In this document: piece after piece, positions 36,729 to 49,756 of the stretch
Position numbering within the stretch: position 1 is the first letter of the stretch
How the letters are laid out: the number at the start of each line of letters is the position of its first letter
Origin: Dimorphilus gyrociliatus
Taxonomy: Eukaryota; Animalia; Annelida
Direction: 5' to 3'
Length of the DNA stretch: 64,000 nt
Assembly (NCBI GenBank): GCA_904063045.1
Contig: CAJFCJ010000007.1
Span: 988,819-1,052,818, forward strand
Notes under the pieces: generated by a model
Database searches by the model: none
Told to the model about the DNA's origin: nothing
The model's input: only the letters and a program-made list of their open reading frames with translations
Program-made: the position numbers and the translations under genes

Positions 36729-38150
36729 GTAAGTATTTAAAAAGGGAATTAGATATGGAAAAAATGATTTGTTCATTGTCAATAAGTTCAAGTTGATAAA
36801 CAAATTAGTTTTAACTTTATCTTGTACCTTAACAATCAGTTTGTTAAGTAAAGTTTGTTCTTAAATATCACAATACCTGTCTAAATTATACGAAACGTGT
36901 ACTATAAAGAATTAAACCTAATTTTATGTACTCAATATTTTTTACTCGAGTTTATTTTTAGCAATAAACCATAGCAGTCAGTATAGCCATTACAATAAAG
37001 TAATATAATAACTTTATGTCAATTCTAATAGTAAACGTTGCTCTTAAACTTAATTTCCTTGTCAAAAGTTTTGACTTGTGAAACAATGCATACAGCGGTA
37101 TTTATTTATATTTTGACAAGGAAACCTAAAGAAAAAGCCAACTTATTGGGGAAGTATGCGATTTCTCTTGCAATTTTATACATCTATTCGGGCTATATAC
37201 TGTATATATCTACTGATAAATAATTGGATAGCTATATACTTCAAAAATATAAGCATACGCGTATTTTCGCCCGATAGAATACTTAATTAAATAAACTACA
37301 TCCAGAAGGGTTTGTTTCCATATTCATGTTAAAGAGTCTTGTTTGTCTTATAGTATTGTCTACATTCCCTCTTTATTTACCATCCTACTTTATAAAAGTG
37401 GCTATATAAAGAATTTGACACCGTTCGACCGTAAAATTTCATTGTCATAGGAGTTGAGTACCATTTAATTATCACTTAATATACAGATGAAAAAAGGCGA
37501 AATGTATATTATCAATTGTTTTCTTAATAAGTTTATTCGAATGACAAACTTTTAAACTAATTAAGTTATAAATGAAAAAAGAATGTTAGTCAATATTTTA
37601 AATTAAATAAAACAACCTTTCTATGGAGTAGAATAATGTAAAGATCCGTTTTGGATTTAGAGCGGTTTTTTTGTATAGAAAAAATGGCGTTTGTATGTTA
37701 AAAAGAGAAAAAAAAATCCGATAAAAATCTCTGGCAGCCTCATCGGTGAGATTGAAATTGTCGATTATGTCGGACGGTCTTAGTTTGGTTGAAAGAAATA
37801 TAAAGAAAAAAAAACGGTAATTAAATGCAATCCATGCAGACCATACGATTCATCGCCAAAATTGATAGTACGAGCTTTTTTTATACAATATAGTAGCCTC
37901 GTCTACTTTATAGCAATCATAAAATATAAATAACAACGTACCCTTTTATTTTTGATTTCTATAATATGCAACAGATGTCGCTATATTACCACAGTACCGG
38001 CTTCTACATGTTTAATATCCGTACCGTTATGCAACATTCAAGTTTTATAAACCTGTTTTTGTTGTCTGTTTGTTTTTATAACGATCATGAATATCAACTG
38101 TAGTATTTTGCCTCATATGATATTAATGATTTCTCTATTACACTCTACAG

Positions 38151-38203
38151 CTAATGAAAAAATATCGGACATCTCTACGAAGCCCAGAACTCAATCTCAA
38201 ATG
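38151..38203 (+). CDS. NAV: NAV exon 3 (CH domain)
   Basis: CTACAG| (T)NEKISDISTKPRTQSQM |GTAGTAAG; resembles NAV2 NEKIEDINGCPKNRSQM; phase 1 in, 0 out. A tandem donor at 38207 is possible. Confidence 0.9.
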
Positions 38204-39553
38204 GTAGTAAGCTTTAGTATTAGTTTGGAGCGTGCTTAAAATATTTGTTTGTATTGCGGTTGTTTGCCACGGCCCATGGGTATTAGGTTATATTACGTAG
38301 GTTGAAAATTTCTGTGGGAGTCATCTCCTACCTTATTACTGAGCTACTTATGTTATAAATATATATAACTTAAGTAGAAGAAAAAAAACTATATAAACGC
38401 TTAGTTTGCATACAGTATATAGATATATCTGTATATATAGTAAGTCGGATACTAGTTTGTTCTGTTTCCGATCCTTCTCTACTTTCTTAATAAGATAGAG
38501 TATTAACGAAATAAGAAATAAGAATAGGGTCTCAGTTCTTTCCGTCCGAAGAGATTTAAATAACATAAAATATTACCCTGGACACTAAAAATAATATCGC
38601 GCGCTTTTAAACCTACACCCCTACGGAGAAATTTCGGCTCGTCCACACGCGCAAACCGCCGCCGTAGAACGTTTGTCACAGTCGACGACGTCGAAAGCGT
38701 CGTTTAATAAGTCTAACGTGGACTATTGACGTTTTTTTTTCCTTCGTTAAAAAATCTGGAAGAGGAAAAATACTATAAAATTGTGTATCGATAAAATCCT
38801 TACGTCACTCTACTTAGTTCACCGAAGCCTCAACGGATTACTCTATTTCTGGTAACGTTTCTATGATTGATGCTGAATCACACGTTTCGTAAGCTTATTT
38901 GTATAATTAAAATATAGGAATAAGAACGTCTAACAACCACATGGCTAACTAATTTTAGATTTTATCCTTAATAAGCCATGGAAAGATGTGCTGATTGATT
39001 ATCATTCATTTTTTTTAGATTCATATATATATATATACTCTATAGTATATATATATATATATATCTTCATTTATATATGTTTATATGTGTAAATTGTATA
39101 AGCTTACATTGATCTATTTGTCAATTTTATACATAGATAAAAAACAAAGGAGGAAATCGGTTTAAATAGTTTTAGATATCGTTATAACAAGAAAAAGCTG
39201 TATTATTCAAAAGAGTTAAATATGAAAACCACCATTGATTAGATATATTTTGTATATAATATATTTGCTATATACATATATATATATCAACGTTTATAAA
39301 TAGAGGATAATGTAAAAATGCAGCTTTTACTAGTATCTACAATATATACATATATATTTATTTGTAAATATATACTAATATATATTATACCGCTTATTTT
39401 TACAGTATTTATATCGTTTCCTCTTTAAAATTACTTAAAAAGCCTAGTAATATTCTAAGCGTTATAAGTATAACTTGAATTAAGTGAATATTTTACTTTC
39501 TCTCCATCTGTAAATAATGAAAAGCTTAATGTATACTCGTGTCATGTACGCTT

Positions 39554-39588
39554 GATCGGGTTTAGCCCGATCTATTAGAGCGTCTAAT
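39554..39588 (+). mobile_element. Possible Helitron 3'-end remnant
   Basis: GATCGGG-TTTAG-CCCGATC hairpin, 11 nt spacer, CTAA followed by T. No 5' TC end or Rep/helicase ORF identified. Confidence 0.2.
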
Positions 39589-41097
39589 GAAAAAGAAATT
39601 ATTTTCGCGTACTTAGAGTGACTCTTAGTAAAAATGTAGTAACATTGTAGCAAAGTGTGTGCAATCTTTGACGGACGTTTCTCCTTTTTTTAATCTTTTT
39701 GACATGGTACGTAAGAGAAAGGAGGCAGACGGATATTCCCTTGGTACCTTATAAATCAACGGCGAAAGGGGGTCAGGAGGCTGTATACACTGTATCGTCT
39801 ATGTATGTATACAGAGAGAAAATTTTCAGAATGATTTACTATATAGTGTGATGTGCATGTGTTTATATCTCCTATCTACTGCCTAGGCTACAGAAACGAG
39901 CCTTTGTAGAGCCGCAAAATCAATGTGAATGAGTCATCCGAACTCTCTCTCTTTCTCTCGTTCTCTGACTGCGAGAAACGCTCTATAGCAATTCATTTCA
40001 TGACTTTTATGCTATGTATAGTCCAAGATAGAATATCAGTAGAGATCCTTGCTCATCAGTATGATTCACCCAATTCTCTGTCCTATTCTCTTTCCCGATC
40101 TATATCTAACCTCGGTATAGTAAAACTAGCCGGGTTTTTTTTCAAAATTTATGACTGCTTTTTAGTATTCGACTTAGAATTTTAGATGGGCTTGTCATTA
40201 TCGTTTTAACTAACAATTTATATCTATTCCACTTTATTCACGCCTAAATTAATTTGGCCAGAAAGCACCTGAATGATTTCATCACGAGACCCATATGCCC
40301 AGTTTCACCTCTACCCCTCTCCCCTTCCTCCTTTAAATTCTCACTTTCACTCTATCGTTTTTGATTAAAAACAGCATAGAGAAATAATTCTGATAAGGTG
40401 TGATAAGACGTCGTGGGTGACGAAGCATCTGGTAGGATGTTTATATAGCGTCTTCTTGTCAGATCCCGTCAGTTTCTAGATAATATAAATCATTTCCAGT
40501 GTCTGTAAATGAGAATTTTGAATCCGACCTTTAAACAAAATATACTAGATATCTAACTTCCGCTGCGCCTTTTTTTATATAAATAAATTTGACCTGAAAC
40601 TAATAGAGATTCAACTGGAAACAAATATGTATGTGTACTATATTGTACACATAATAATCATCAGCAAACCCAGGAACCGACCCATATGCCCTTATCGACT
40701 CAGGAAGTAGAATTTACTTTATTCATTTGCATCGCCGGTTTGCATCTGCCAGCTTTTCTGAATAACCTCGGTGACCCTGTCGAGTGTCTTCTTTTTAATT
40801 TACTAAAAGTGGAACAAGAGGAGAGTATTCGACCTTGTCAATAACAGACCTTAGTTTTGTTGACATCTCTACTTTCACTGTTTATGTCGAGGTTTTAGCA
40901 TTAATTTCATTTTTTCGGGTATAAGGCTATCACCCTTGAAGCAGCAGCTTACTAGCTGCTCTCAGCCTTCTGGCAGTATCCGATTAGCGTTGTATTAAGT
41001 GATTATTGCTGCGAGGGCCGAGAAATATAAGCGCGTCTGTTTGTAATCGAACGCGAAAACGGTTCAAAGCAATTATATCTCTCTCTTCTTTCCGCAG

Positions 41098-41170
41098 TTG
41101 GACAACATTACCACCTGCCTAACCTTCCTGGCCGAACTCGGTGTGAATACTGACGGACTGCACGCCAGAG
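41098..41170 (+). CDS. NAV: NAV exon 4 (CH domain)
   Basis: TTCCGCAG| LDNITTCLTFLAELGVNTDGLHAR |GTGAGT; resembles IENIDACLNFLAAKGINIQGLSAE. Confidence 0.95.
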
Positions 41171-42622
41171 GTGAGTTCTCTCATTTATCACGTAGGCAGC
41201 TCAATTAAAACCTTTCAAAATAAAATCTTCCATCTTTTCCTTGGGCTTCCTCTCATTTTCTCACACTATGAGATTATACGTCATAAATATTGTGGTAGAA
41301 AATCAACATCTTCGCAGGTTTTAAGTGCGATATTTGTAGAAAATTCTATTTAGCTTATTACGTAATTTGTTCCCATAGTAACAAATTGTAATCCTTCGCT
41401 TACACTGTATTACTTTAAAGATTTTATGGTTGCTCTTGACTTTCATTCTGAGAAAATATCCTTGAGAGATAAGTTTAAGTGTTTAAATATATATATATAT
41501 ATACATATATATTTAATTGTATATTATATACTTTGAATAATGATTTACTATCCGATTTCATCTATTCGTTTAGGCGTTTTAGTTTGTCATTAAGCAGCTA
41601 TTACATAACTGTTCTTAGAACCGGATCCTATGCTACATTTAGGATTTCCTATTTCCTCTTTAATATTGGCTAATCGTTCGCTAGTTTATAATATAACACA
41701 ACGCCCAGTTCAAGGAATAAACGAGGCATAGGTGTTCCATATACTCTCGTTTTGAATACAACACCTGTTATAACCCCAAAGCAATAAATCCCTATTAAAA
41801 ATACCAAAATTTTTTTTTCTATTTAACATAAAACGCACACTGTAATTTGATTCATACGACATGTGCAGAACCTTTTGAACAGATCGTTTTGTGTGAAGGG
41901 AATGACGGGAGTAGGAAAGAAGATATTTTCTTTTCTATTGCCCTTCTTCCTTGTTCGTTTTGAACTTTTTAAAAGGGGTAGCATCTCGGTAAATATTTGC
42001 CAAGGCAGACAGCCTTCCATTAGCCTTATTCCCTTTTCTCCTCCTACTTCGAACTCTCGGGAATCCTGCTGATGATTCGCAGTTTTTAAAGAGTAAAAAT
42101 TAAGAAAAGATTAAAAGCGACTGTGGACTTGAAAGGTTAATTCTATTAGAAATCTATAATTAGTTTCTTTACGTCCTTGATTCTATTATTAGCGCATAAA
42201 AGAAACTCATAGATGATTTTTGTTTGGCATCGTCCATGTTACATGTTTTGGTTCTCTTTGAAAGGGGAACAACTTCCGGTTAGTACGAATGTTTACTTTT
42301 CATTTGAATAGTAGGCTCCTTGGACGTTTTCATTTTGGTAGAAACAATCTTAGGCCTATAACTGTGGGAAGATTAAAGGAAAAGATGGTCTATTTGCTCT
42401 AGCTGAACACTTACTGTTCTAGCTAAAACTATTAACGTTGAAAACGGTGAGATATAAATTGTTAGAGAAAAGGGAGAGGAAAGTGAGAATAAAAACATTC
42501 AAATACGTGTTATCTGTGCTGTAAGGAGTTTTTTTCCAACTAGCAGATGTTTACGTTTTCAAATTGATTTTTCACTAATGTATGGGCAGCTGTTGAGATT
42601 TTTACTTTTCTTTCTATTGCAG

Positions 42623-42827
42623 ACATAAAAGAAGGCAATCTCAAATCAATTCTCGGTCTCTTTTTCTCCTTATCCCGATTCAAACAACAGCAAAAAGCTC
42701 AAAACGGCAACCAACCTAATAGAAAATCTACTGAAGGCAATGCAACAAGTTCTATTCCGAAACAACGTTCGTCCTTACCGACGGCTGCTGGTGGAACTTC
42801 AAATGCCAATTCGGATATGATATCAAG
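42623..42827 (+). CDS. NAV: NAV exon 5 (end of CH domain, SxIP motif)
   Basis: TTGCAG| (D)IKEGNLKSILGLFFSLSRFKQQQ...SSIPK...DMIS |GTAAGC; GNLKxILGLFFSLSR is the NAV CH hallmark. Confidence 0.96.
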
Positions 42828-43763
42828 GTAAGCAGATGGTTAAAAAAGAAGTAGGAATAGTAGACGAGAGAAGAACAAAGACACCGCTAGATGACATAAA
42901 AAAAACCTAGGGCAATAAACGTCTATTACTATACAGAGGCTTATTTTCCACTTTCTTCCTAGCCTCTTCGCCCAATTAAAAAGCGAAAAAATCCTTAATT
43001 AAACTCTCGTTAGATTCGCTCTTAAAATCTTAAATAATTCAAAGGCAAAAGCACCTAAAAGCCCACTTGTATCACAAAGCTTTTCTCTACTATATACAAT
43101 ACGTATGTTTGTAAATTCGTATACAAATACTATAGGTAGGCTAAAAGAGATAAGCGATTTGGAAGTTCATAGTCGCAATTCCTAGTCTTACTGAGTCAAA
43201 AAAACTGGGTTACATCATAAAAAAGTAACAATGTAGTTTTTTTTTATATACACAAAAGGCTCTGCTCCTTTTAAGTAAGAATTCCCGCCTATGATTTAAT
43301 TACAAATATACGATTGTTTAATTCCAGAAGGTTCTAACGTTTACGCTAGCTGGCAGTCTTTAATTAATGTTTTTTCCTTTCTTTTGTTGTTGAAACGGAT
43401 AGTTTGTCTAGAAATAATACTGAAGCATTCATTCAGTAAAATTTCTTACTAGTCGTTGTCCCCTCCCTCATCTAACAAAAACAATTTTATTGGACGTTAA
43501 ATAACAGTTGAGGGTAACTGCACAGACTCCAAATTTATTGTAGAAAGGAGAAAAATAGCTTTCTTTGATACCCGGGAGACCGATTAGGAATTTCCGTAAA
43601 ATCCGAATGCAATTACCCTATTACGTCAATGCGAATGGTAAGTGTCGGTTTCGGTCTGAGAGATTGCGTCATCTTAAAAAACAAAACTTAAATTTCAAAT
43701 AACACCTAAAATAATAGAAGAGCTGTTACAACTAGCCTGTTAACATCATAAGTATAGATTAAG

Positions 43764-44480
43764 ATGGAAAACGCTAAAAGGACGCTATCGATTACGGCTA
43801 ATCAAAACATTAACGAACCGTTAATGGAATGTGACGAAAAGAACCTCCCCTCCCAAGTTAATGTTTTACGGATCGTTAACGTTGGTAACATATTAAGGGG
43901 CGAAGATAATGAATCAAAATGGTTGCATGATAAAGAAAAACTCTTGCTAGAAACCAAATCGTCTTTAAATGATCAACAAGGTAAAAGGGATAAGGATACG
44001 TTACGACGAGACAAAGAAGATCTCATTTCATTCTCTTGTCCAAAACCGCCTGTTTCGCCCCTACTTTGGGATCATATAATAGAACATAAAGTAAATAATA
44101 TCGAGAAAGGTGACAGGTGCGAACCGTATCCATCCTGCGGCTGTCCGCAGTCTAACAATCCCGCCTCTAGCCCACGCTTTTCTGAGTATTCAATAGATTT
44201 TGACACCGACAGCGAAGACAGTCGACCGTCGTGTTGTAACTTCACTGAGTACAAGATTAATAATCTAGAAGGCTGTGCAAAAAACCAAGCCGTTCCAGTG
44301 TGTCAAGGGGCTTGCGAATTTAGATGCATTGACGGGACGCAAGAAAGCTCAACCGATTGCCTCCCATATTCTCTAATACCGACTCTGAGTCCTTTTAGTA
44401 ATAAAGTAATCAAGGAGGAACAAGAGCTATCTGTTGACCTGGTTTCAAGTCAAATAACTTACCTCGAATCGTCCGTTTGA
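43764..44480 (+). CDS. Nested same-strand ORF (238 aa) in NAV intron 5, unknown protein ending ...TYLESSV*
   Basis: 717-nt ORF with coding-like composition. An upstream in-frame TAG at 43755-57 leaves only a phase-0 acceptor, incompatible with the phase-2 end of NAV exon 5. A strong donor ATG|GTAAGT at 43638 gives a 120-nt intron and a possible own first exon (MRM|IKMENAK...). Confidence 0.75.
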   Translation: MENAKRTLSITANQNINEPLMECDEKNLPSQVNVLRIVNVGNILRGEDNESKWLHDKEKLLLETKSSLNDQQGKRDKDTLRRDKEDLISFSCPKPPVSPLLWDHIIEHKVNNIEKGDRCEPYPSCGCPQSNNPASSPRFSEYSIDFDTDSEDSRPSCCNFTEYKINNLEGCAKNQAVPVCQGACEFRCIDGTQESSTDCLPYSLIPTLSPFSNKVIKEEQELSVDLVSSQITYLESSV

Positions 44481-44747
44481 AATGCTAAGATTTAGTTGAA
44501 AAAATTATATCCTTCCTTTTTCCCCTTACAATAAACAAGTATGAAAATTATGGAAAAAGATGAAAGACAATATACTATAAATAGAAAATAAAGAAAGGAA
44601 TAGAGAATTTAACGCTTCTCATTCACAAAATGCGCTTGGGCAGATAGCTAAGCAATCGATTCTTAACTAATTAATAATCATGCGTGTACCAAAGGTTTCA
44701 TACACAAAAAAACTGCACCTAATACGCAGCGTTTGTTGCATAACTTT

Positions 44748-45274
44748 GGTAATTCATCTGAATAATTGACGTAGTTAACGAGATAGCTGAACCGTAATTT
44801 ATTTCACTTAAACTGTTTAAATGGAAGGTCAAAAAGTGAAACAATTTTTAGTATAACACATTATAAGTGATATATAACTCCCCTTTTGCAAATTGACAAT
44901 CTTTTCGATAGACGGAGACATTGTTGCTAACTGAATAATACAGGCACCAAACTCCCTCATGCCCTTTAAATAGATGATTTTGCCCTTATTTCGAACTTTT
45001 TTTTACCAGAAATAACTGATATTCTATGAAAATTGACTTCCTAGTCATTATAGCGTCTTTTATCTCATAGTCCCTCTTATATTTGTTATAACTGAATAAA
45101 CTCTCATCAATTAGCTTTTGTTAATAAGCAAATGATAATTTTTTCAATATCTGGATAAAAAAATAAAGGAAAAACAGCAGAACGTTTAGTGTTGTGTCAA
45201 ACTTGGGTGATTGATGTCAATTAGACGAGTTGCGCAACCCAGGTAATTCATCTGAATAATTGACGTCGTTAACG
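44748..45274 (+). repeat. 33-bp direct repeat pair (44748-44780 and 45242-45274)
   Basis: GGTAATTCATCTGAATAATTGACGT[A/C]GTTAACG, 1 mismatch, each preceded by a similar GTTGC(AT/GC)AAC. Confidence 0.85.
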
Positions 45275-45940
45275 GCGATATTAGAGGCGGGACACCAAGA
45301 GGCGCTTATCAGGCAAAACTCAATCCAATTTGACTGAGCTTATTACATTCGTTATTCTCTTATCGGACCTTTTCGTCAAAGTTTACCGCAAGGAAATTAA
45401 ACGATTTCAGTAAATCACCTTAATTAATCAGCTGTGAACCAGGTGTAGAAGGCGTTTTCTTAGCACCTAACGAACTTATTCGCTCCTATCGATTTTAGCA
45501 CGGCGGCGTCTCTTTGTGACGCCGGCCGTCTTTTTTCCAATTGACGTGCCTCGTTCAGGAGCTGTGTGTGTCGAATATTAACGAAGTTGTTTGTCGCTTA
45601 CATTTTGCCTATTTTGTCCCTAATGGGACTAGCTGCATAAATATGAGCATTTTTTAAGCCACAACATCCACGCCAAATGTCACTTTTGACGTTTTTTCCT
45701 TGCCTTGGGTTATAGGTTATTTTAATAACGCTTTAACTATATTTAGACGCCATTTCTACCGGTGCTACTTTTGCCTCATCCATTGAATTTTCATGAAGGG
45801 CGTCAACAACATGTATCTTGCTCTGAATTATTTCATAGTATACAATGCGAGTAGGCTACAGATGGCGCTCAGGCTATCGATTATCTAATTTAAATCCTAT
45901 GCTGATCAAGTGTTTAATTACTACTCTTTTAATTTAACAG

Positions 45941-46044
45941 ATTCAAATCCGAATCAAAAAGCTCGAAAACGAATAATCAATCTTCTTCTAAGTTGAAGTA
46001 TTCGTCAAACAACAACAATAATTCAATCAGTTCTCCTGCTGGAG
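45941..46044 (+). CDS. NAV: NAV exon 6
   Basis: TTAACAG| (R)FKSESKSSKTNNQSSSKLKYSSNNNNNSISSPAG |GTTTGT; phase 2 in, 1 out, bridging exons 5 and 7. Confidence 0.8.
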
Positions 46045-47177
46045 GTTTGTATACATTCGATTATTCTTATACCGTAGATGTCGCCACATACAAAAGTTGT
46101 AAAAACAAAAAAAAAGGAAAAAACATGCACGTGCGTTAGGATTAAATGAGATTAGCGACAGATTTTCACAGCAGTCGGCTTGAATCGTACGTTACGTTAC
46201 GCTTTAAAATAGGAATAAACGGATTGTTTACGCTAGTAAGTCGATTTTTTGGTCTAAGCTCTCAATCTTTTCTCCTTATTGAAATAAGAATTATCACTCA
46301 GTTATTATATTAACGTAATAAAAGAAATTTGGCGAACTATTCGATTTTCACGTATAATCGATTGCCCAGGTTATTTATGTACACATCGTTCATTTAACGA
46401 CAGCCGTGCGTGTTTCTCGATAATTTCACAAATCTAAACTAGGCTTGTAAAGTTAGTATTTATAGTATTTTAGTTGTTCCTGCTTTTTTATGTTATTCTT
46501 TTGCTTATCTTGTCACTTGAAATAAAAAAAAAAGAACGCCCGTGCAAATGAATCGATACTGGATAGATTATGTAAATAGAACGTCGCCTGTAAATAAATA
46601 GCAGCCGATTCCATCCGTCTTTTGAAGTTGTCCGCCTTTACTTTTTTTATGAAGTGCTTAGAGATATGAGTTATATATACTTTAGATTGTAAAACTTTTC
46701 AAGCGCCACCTTTTGATCGAGGTTGTTTGAGCCATTTTTGGGAAAGGTATTATAACTAGGCCTAATCCATATTGGAAAAAATATGGAGACGTTATATTTA
46801 CAACAGATGGCGTAGTTGGAAAATTATAGAGTATATTAAATAAGAGAGAATAGAACAAAAACAATTTTATAGTAGAGGTAACTCGTTGAAAATAAAACGA
46901 CGGTAATAAAATGTCTTAAGATATAAAGGGATTAGTTCAGAATACAATAAATAGTAAAGTGAATATGTTTTATGAATTATCTGTGAAGAGTCGGCAGCTC
47001 GTTTATCACGTAAATTGACTCTTAATAGCGTTCAATTATTGTCGACAAATGTATATGTGTATACGTTGTGATAAGGAATGATATTCAACAGTACTCGCTG
47101 ACCCCTTCAATAAGTATTGTACACAGCAGTCGAAGTTTTCTTTTATTATTATTAAAATCTCCTTTGTTCAAAAACAG

Positions 47178-48831
47178 GATCGAACAATTTAACAGCTAAG
47201 AATAATAATCGACCGGAATCTTTCTCTTCTCGTTCCGAGTCACCGTCCTCTTCTACTGGAATACCCACACCGTCCTCAAGATTACCACAAAGAAGAACGA
47301 TAAATTCCTCGACATCGTCTATTGCTTCATCTTCTTGCTCATCCTCGAAACCAAATAACAACAGCATGCTGGATAAATTCAAATTTTTTCAATCGAAGGA
47401 TAAGAAGAAGGGTCAATCAACTATACCTGAAGACGGAACGGCGGCAGCGAGATTAGCAACGGGCACTTCTTCGCCGAAATTGTCAATTAAGGCTTTTGCA
47501 AAGAAAACTCTGGGAAAGAAAAATTCTGAAGAGTATCCATCTATTCCACCTCCCCAAACGCAAATAGTCAGTCCGGTTGAAATGCAACCACAACAACTAC
47601 AATTTGCTGTTGCATCTTCCAAAAAATCCTCCAAATCCGATGCTAAGCAACAACAATCCATTCCTGCCAAATATCAACAAATCACAAGTCGTCCAAATGG
47701 TGCTGCTGCAAGGAATAGCACAAATAGAACGTCGATAGCATCAAATAGCAGTACAGGATCTAGTAGTTATCTCTCAAATAGAGGTATACCAAAGCCGACA
47801 TCAGCCTCTAAAATTAAATCTGATTCCTCGAAAATAATGCAATCTAAGCACCGAAAGTCATCGGACAAGAATGCTAACAAAGTTTCTCACAAGGCGCATA
47901 GCACCACAACAAACCCCACATCTCCTCTACAACCGGTACCTGAAACCGACCCCTCTGTTAGGCTACAGCCTCTAGGCAGTGCTCAAGAAACTGAAGTATC
48001 AGATTCAAAAAAGAAGAGTTCTACCAAACAAAAGAAATTACAGGATGCCTTGAAACAGCAACAAGCTACTAGAGCCGCTTTAGCTCAGCACAAGGCAGAA
48101 AGTCGAGCAAAGAAAATAATAGAAAAATCCGATAGCGAAAATGTGCCCAGCAGTGTCGCTAGTAGTTCCAGTTCTTTATGTTCAGTAACTGGAAGTCAGG
48201 GTGGAAAGAGCAGTTCTTCTTCAAAATCAAATAATAGTGGCGACAGCGTCATATTCAGACCTTCTTCATGTGATGAATTAGATTCAAATGATAGCAGTGT
48301 GCCACCTTCGCCAGCCATGCATGCCCGATCTGATCATATTTCTAATTTAAGAAAACATAAACCTCCTCCAACGCCAACTAGATCTGTGTCTATTGCCAAT
48401 CAAAATCAGAAGATTGAGACGACGTTTTCAGATGAAATTGCCTCTTCACCAGTACAAGTTCAAGCTATGGAACCTTTACCGAGAGTTTCACCATACGCTT
48501 ATTTAAGAGTAGGTCTAAATGCAACTGTTCAAACATCGGTTCCGCCCCTCGGCTTGGGAACAACTAAAGATAGTGCTGCTCATCGCTTGATTGATCCGAC
48601 AAAATTCTACTTGAACAAAAAGGCGTCGAACGAAGTTGATTTAGCCGCCGGTTACATGTCAGACGGTGACGTTCTTTGTTCTTCGAACAATAGTTCAGTG
48701 GATCCCGCTGGGTACTTGAGTGAGGGAGGAACCAGCGTATACGCGAGAAGGATGCAGCAAAGATTTAGAGAAGGGATGCAAGCAGTTAAGGAATGTATGC
48801 AAAAGTCATCCGCTTTGATGGACCATGATAG
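47178..48831 (+). CDS. NAV: NAV exon 7 (large Ser-rich exon)
   Basis: AAACAG| phase 1, in frame with ORF 47366. Contains SRLP/STIP (SxIP-type) motifs and conserved AGYMSDGDVL / GYLSEGG blocks; ends MDHD AG|GTTTGT, phase 2. Confidence 0.92.
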
Positions 48832-49631
48832 GTTTGTTTTTCTTTCACCCATTTCATGTAAAATATGTATATTTAAAACGAAAGCGATTTTCCCAACGTC
48901 TATTACATCGTTGAGGTTGTAAGCGAAAATCCTCTGACAGAACAATCCCACGACTCAGTTGACCTTTTAACAGAAAATCTCTTGCCGATGTCAAGAATTT
49001 TCTTAATTCAGTTAATCTATAGGCTGTTGTCATTTGACTTTTCAATATATTTGTCATCGCTACCGCTTATATATTTACTTTTGCTCGCTTTTAGGTTTTT
49101 TATCATAAAACTAAATAATTGTTTGATTAGAGTAATTTTAGGACCATGCATTTTTAATTTCTTAATAGAGTTATATATTATTAATCTCATTTATCGACTG
49201 CTTTTGGCTATATATGCACCCTATTTTAGCCTTTCATACATAAAGTTCACATTTCCATGAGATTACATTTATTTGCTTGTTACTTTTTATTATTTTCTTA
49301 CTTCAACAACATAATTATTCAACTCATGGAAAAACTTTATTTAAATGATTTCGGTAGATGGCGTTTTAGTTCTTTCTGTTTCGGTTATATAGATTACTCC
49401 AGATAACTAGGAAACAGACATGTTTTTTTGTTAGGTTTACGTTTGTTTTTGAGTTTGTACTAATACTTCGTATCGCGGGCCATTGATCTGTAACCAGTAG
49501 ATTTAGAATCTTGTCCCGTTTGCGGCACTAGATACCAAATTACATAGGCCTGCAAAAAAAAAAAGCGTCATCAGCATAATAGTACGGCGCCAACGATCAC
49601 AGTCGACGGGGAAAAAGTAGTCGGCGGCGCG

Positions 49632-49756
49632 ATGACGAGCGGTTATCACACTCACCCGCGTACTAGACGCTACCATGAAAAGCGTCTGATGAGAACAAGA
49701 CTGCGTAAATTGTTATTGGAGGAAAGGGCATGTGCATGGAAAAAAGACGATGACAG
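49632..49756 (+). CDS. NAV: Candidate alternative first exon of a mid-length NAV isoform
   Basis: GC-rich upstream sequence, GCGATG start, MTSGYHTHPRTRRYHEKRLMRTRLRKLLLEERACAWKKDDD AG|GTTTTC; phase 2 matches the exon 8 acceptor. Donor is weak. Confidence 0.5.

Noticed and set aside
40288-40691. 13-bp direct repeat GACCCATATGCCC 391 bp apart
   Set aside because: A local match of this length is near chance expectation over 64 kb.
49687-49730. CTGATGA as a hammerhead ribozyme core (also 42068)
   Set aside because: No stem II followed directly by GAAA and no closing stems; 49687 lies in a candidate coding exon.
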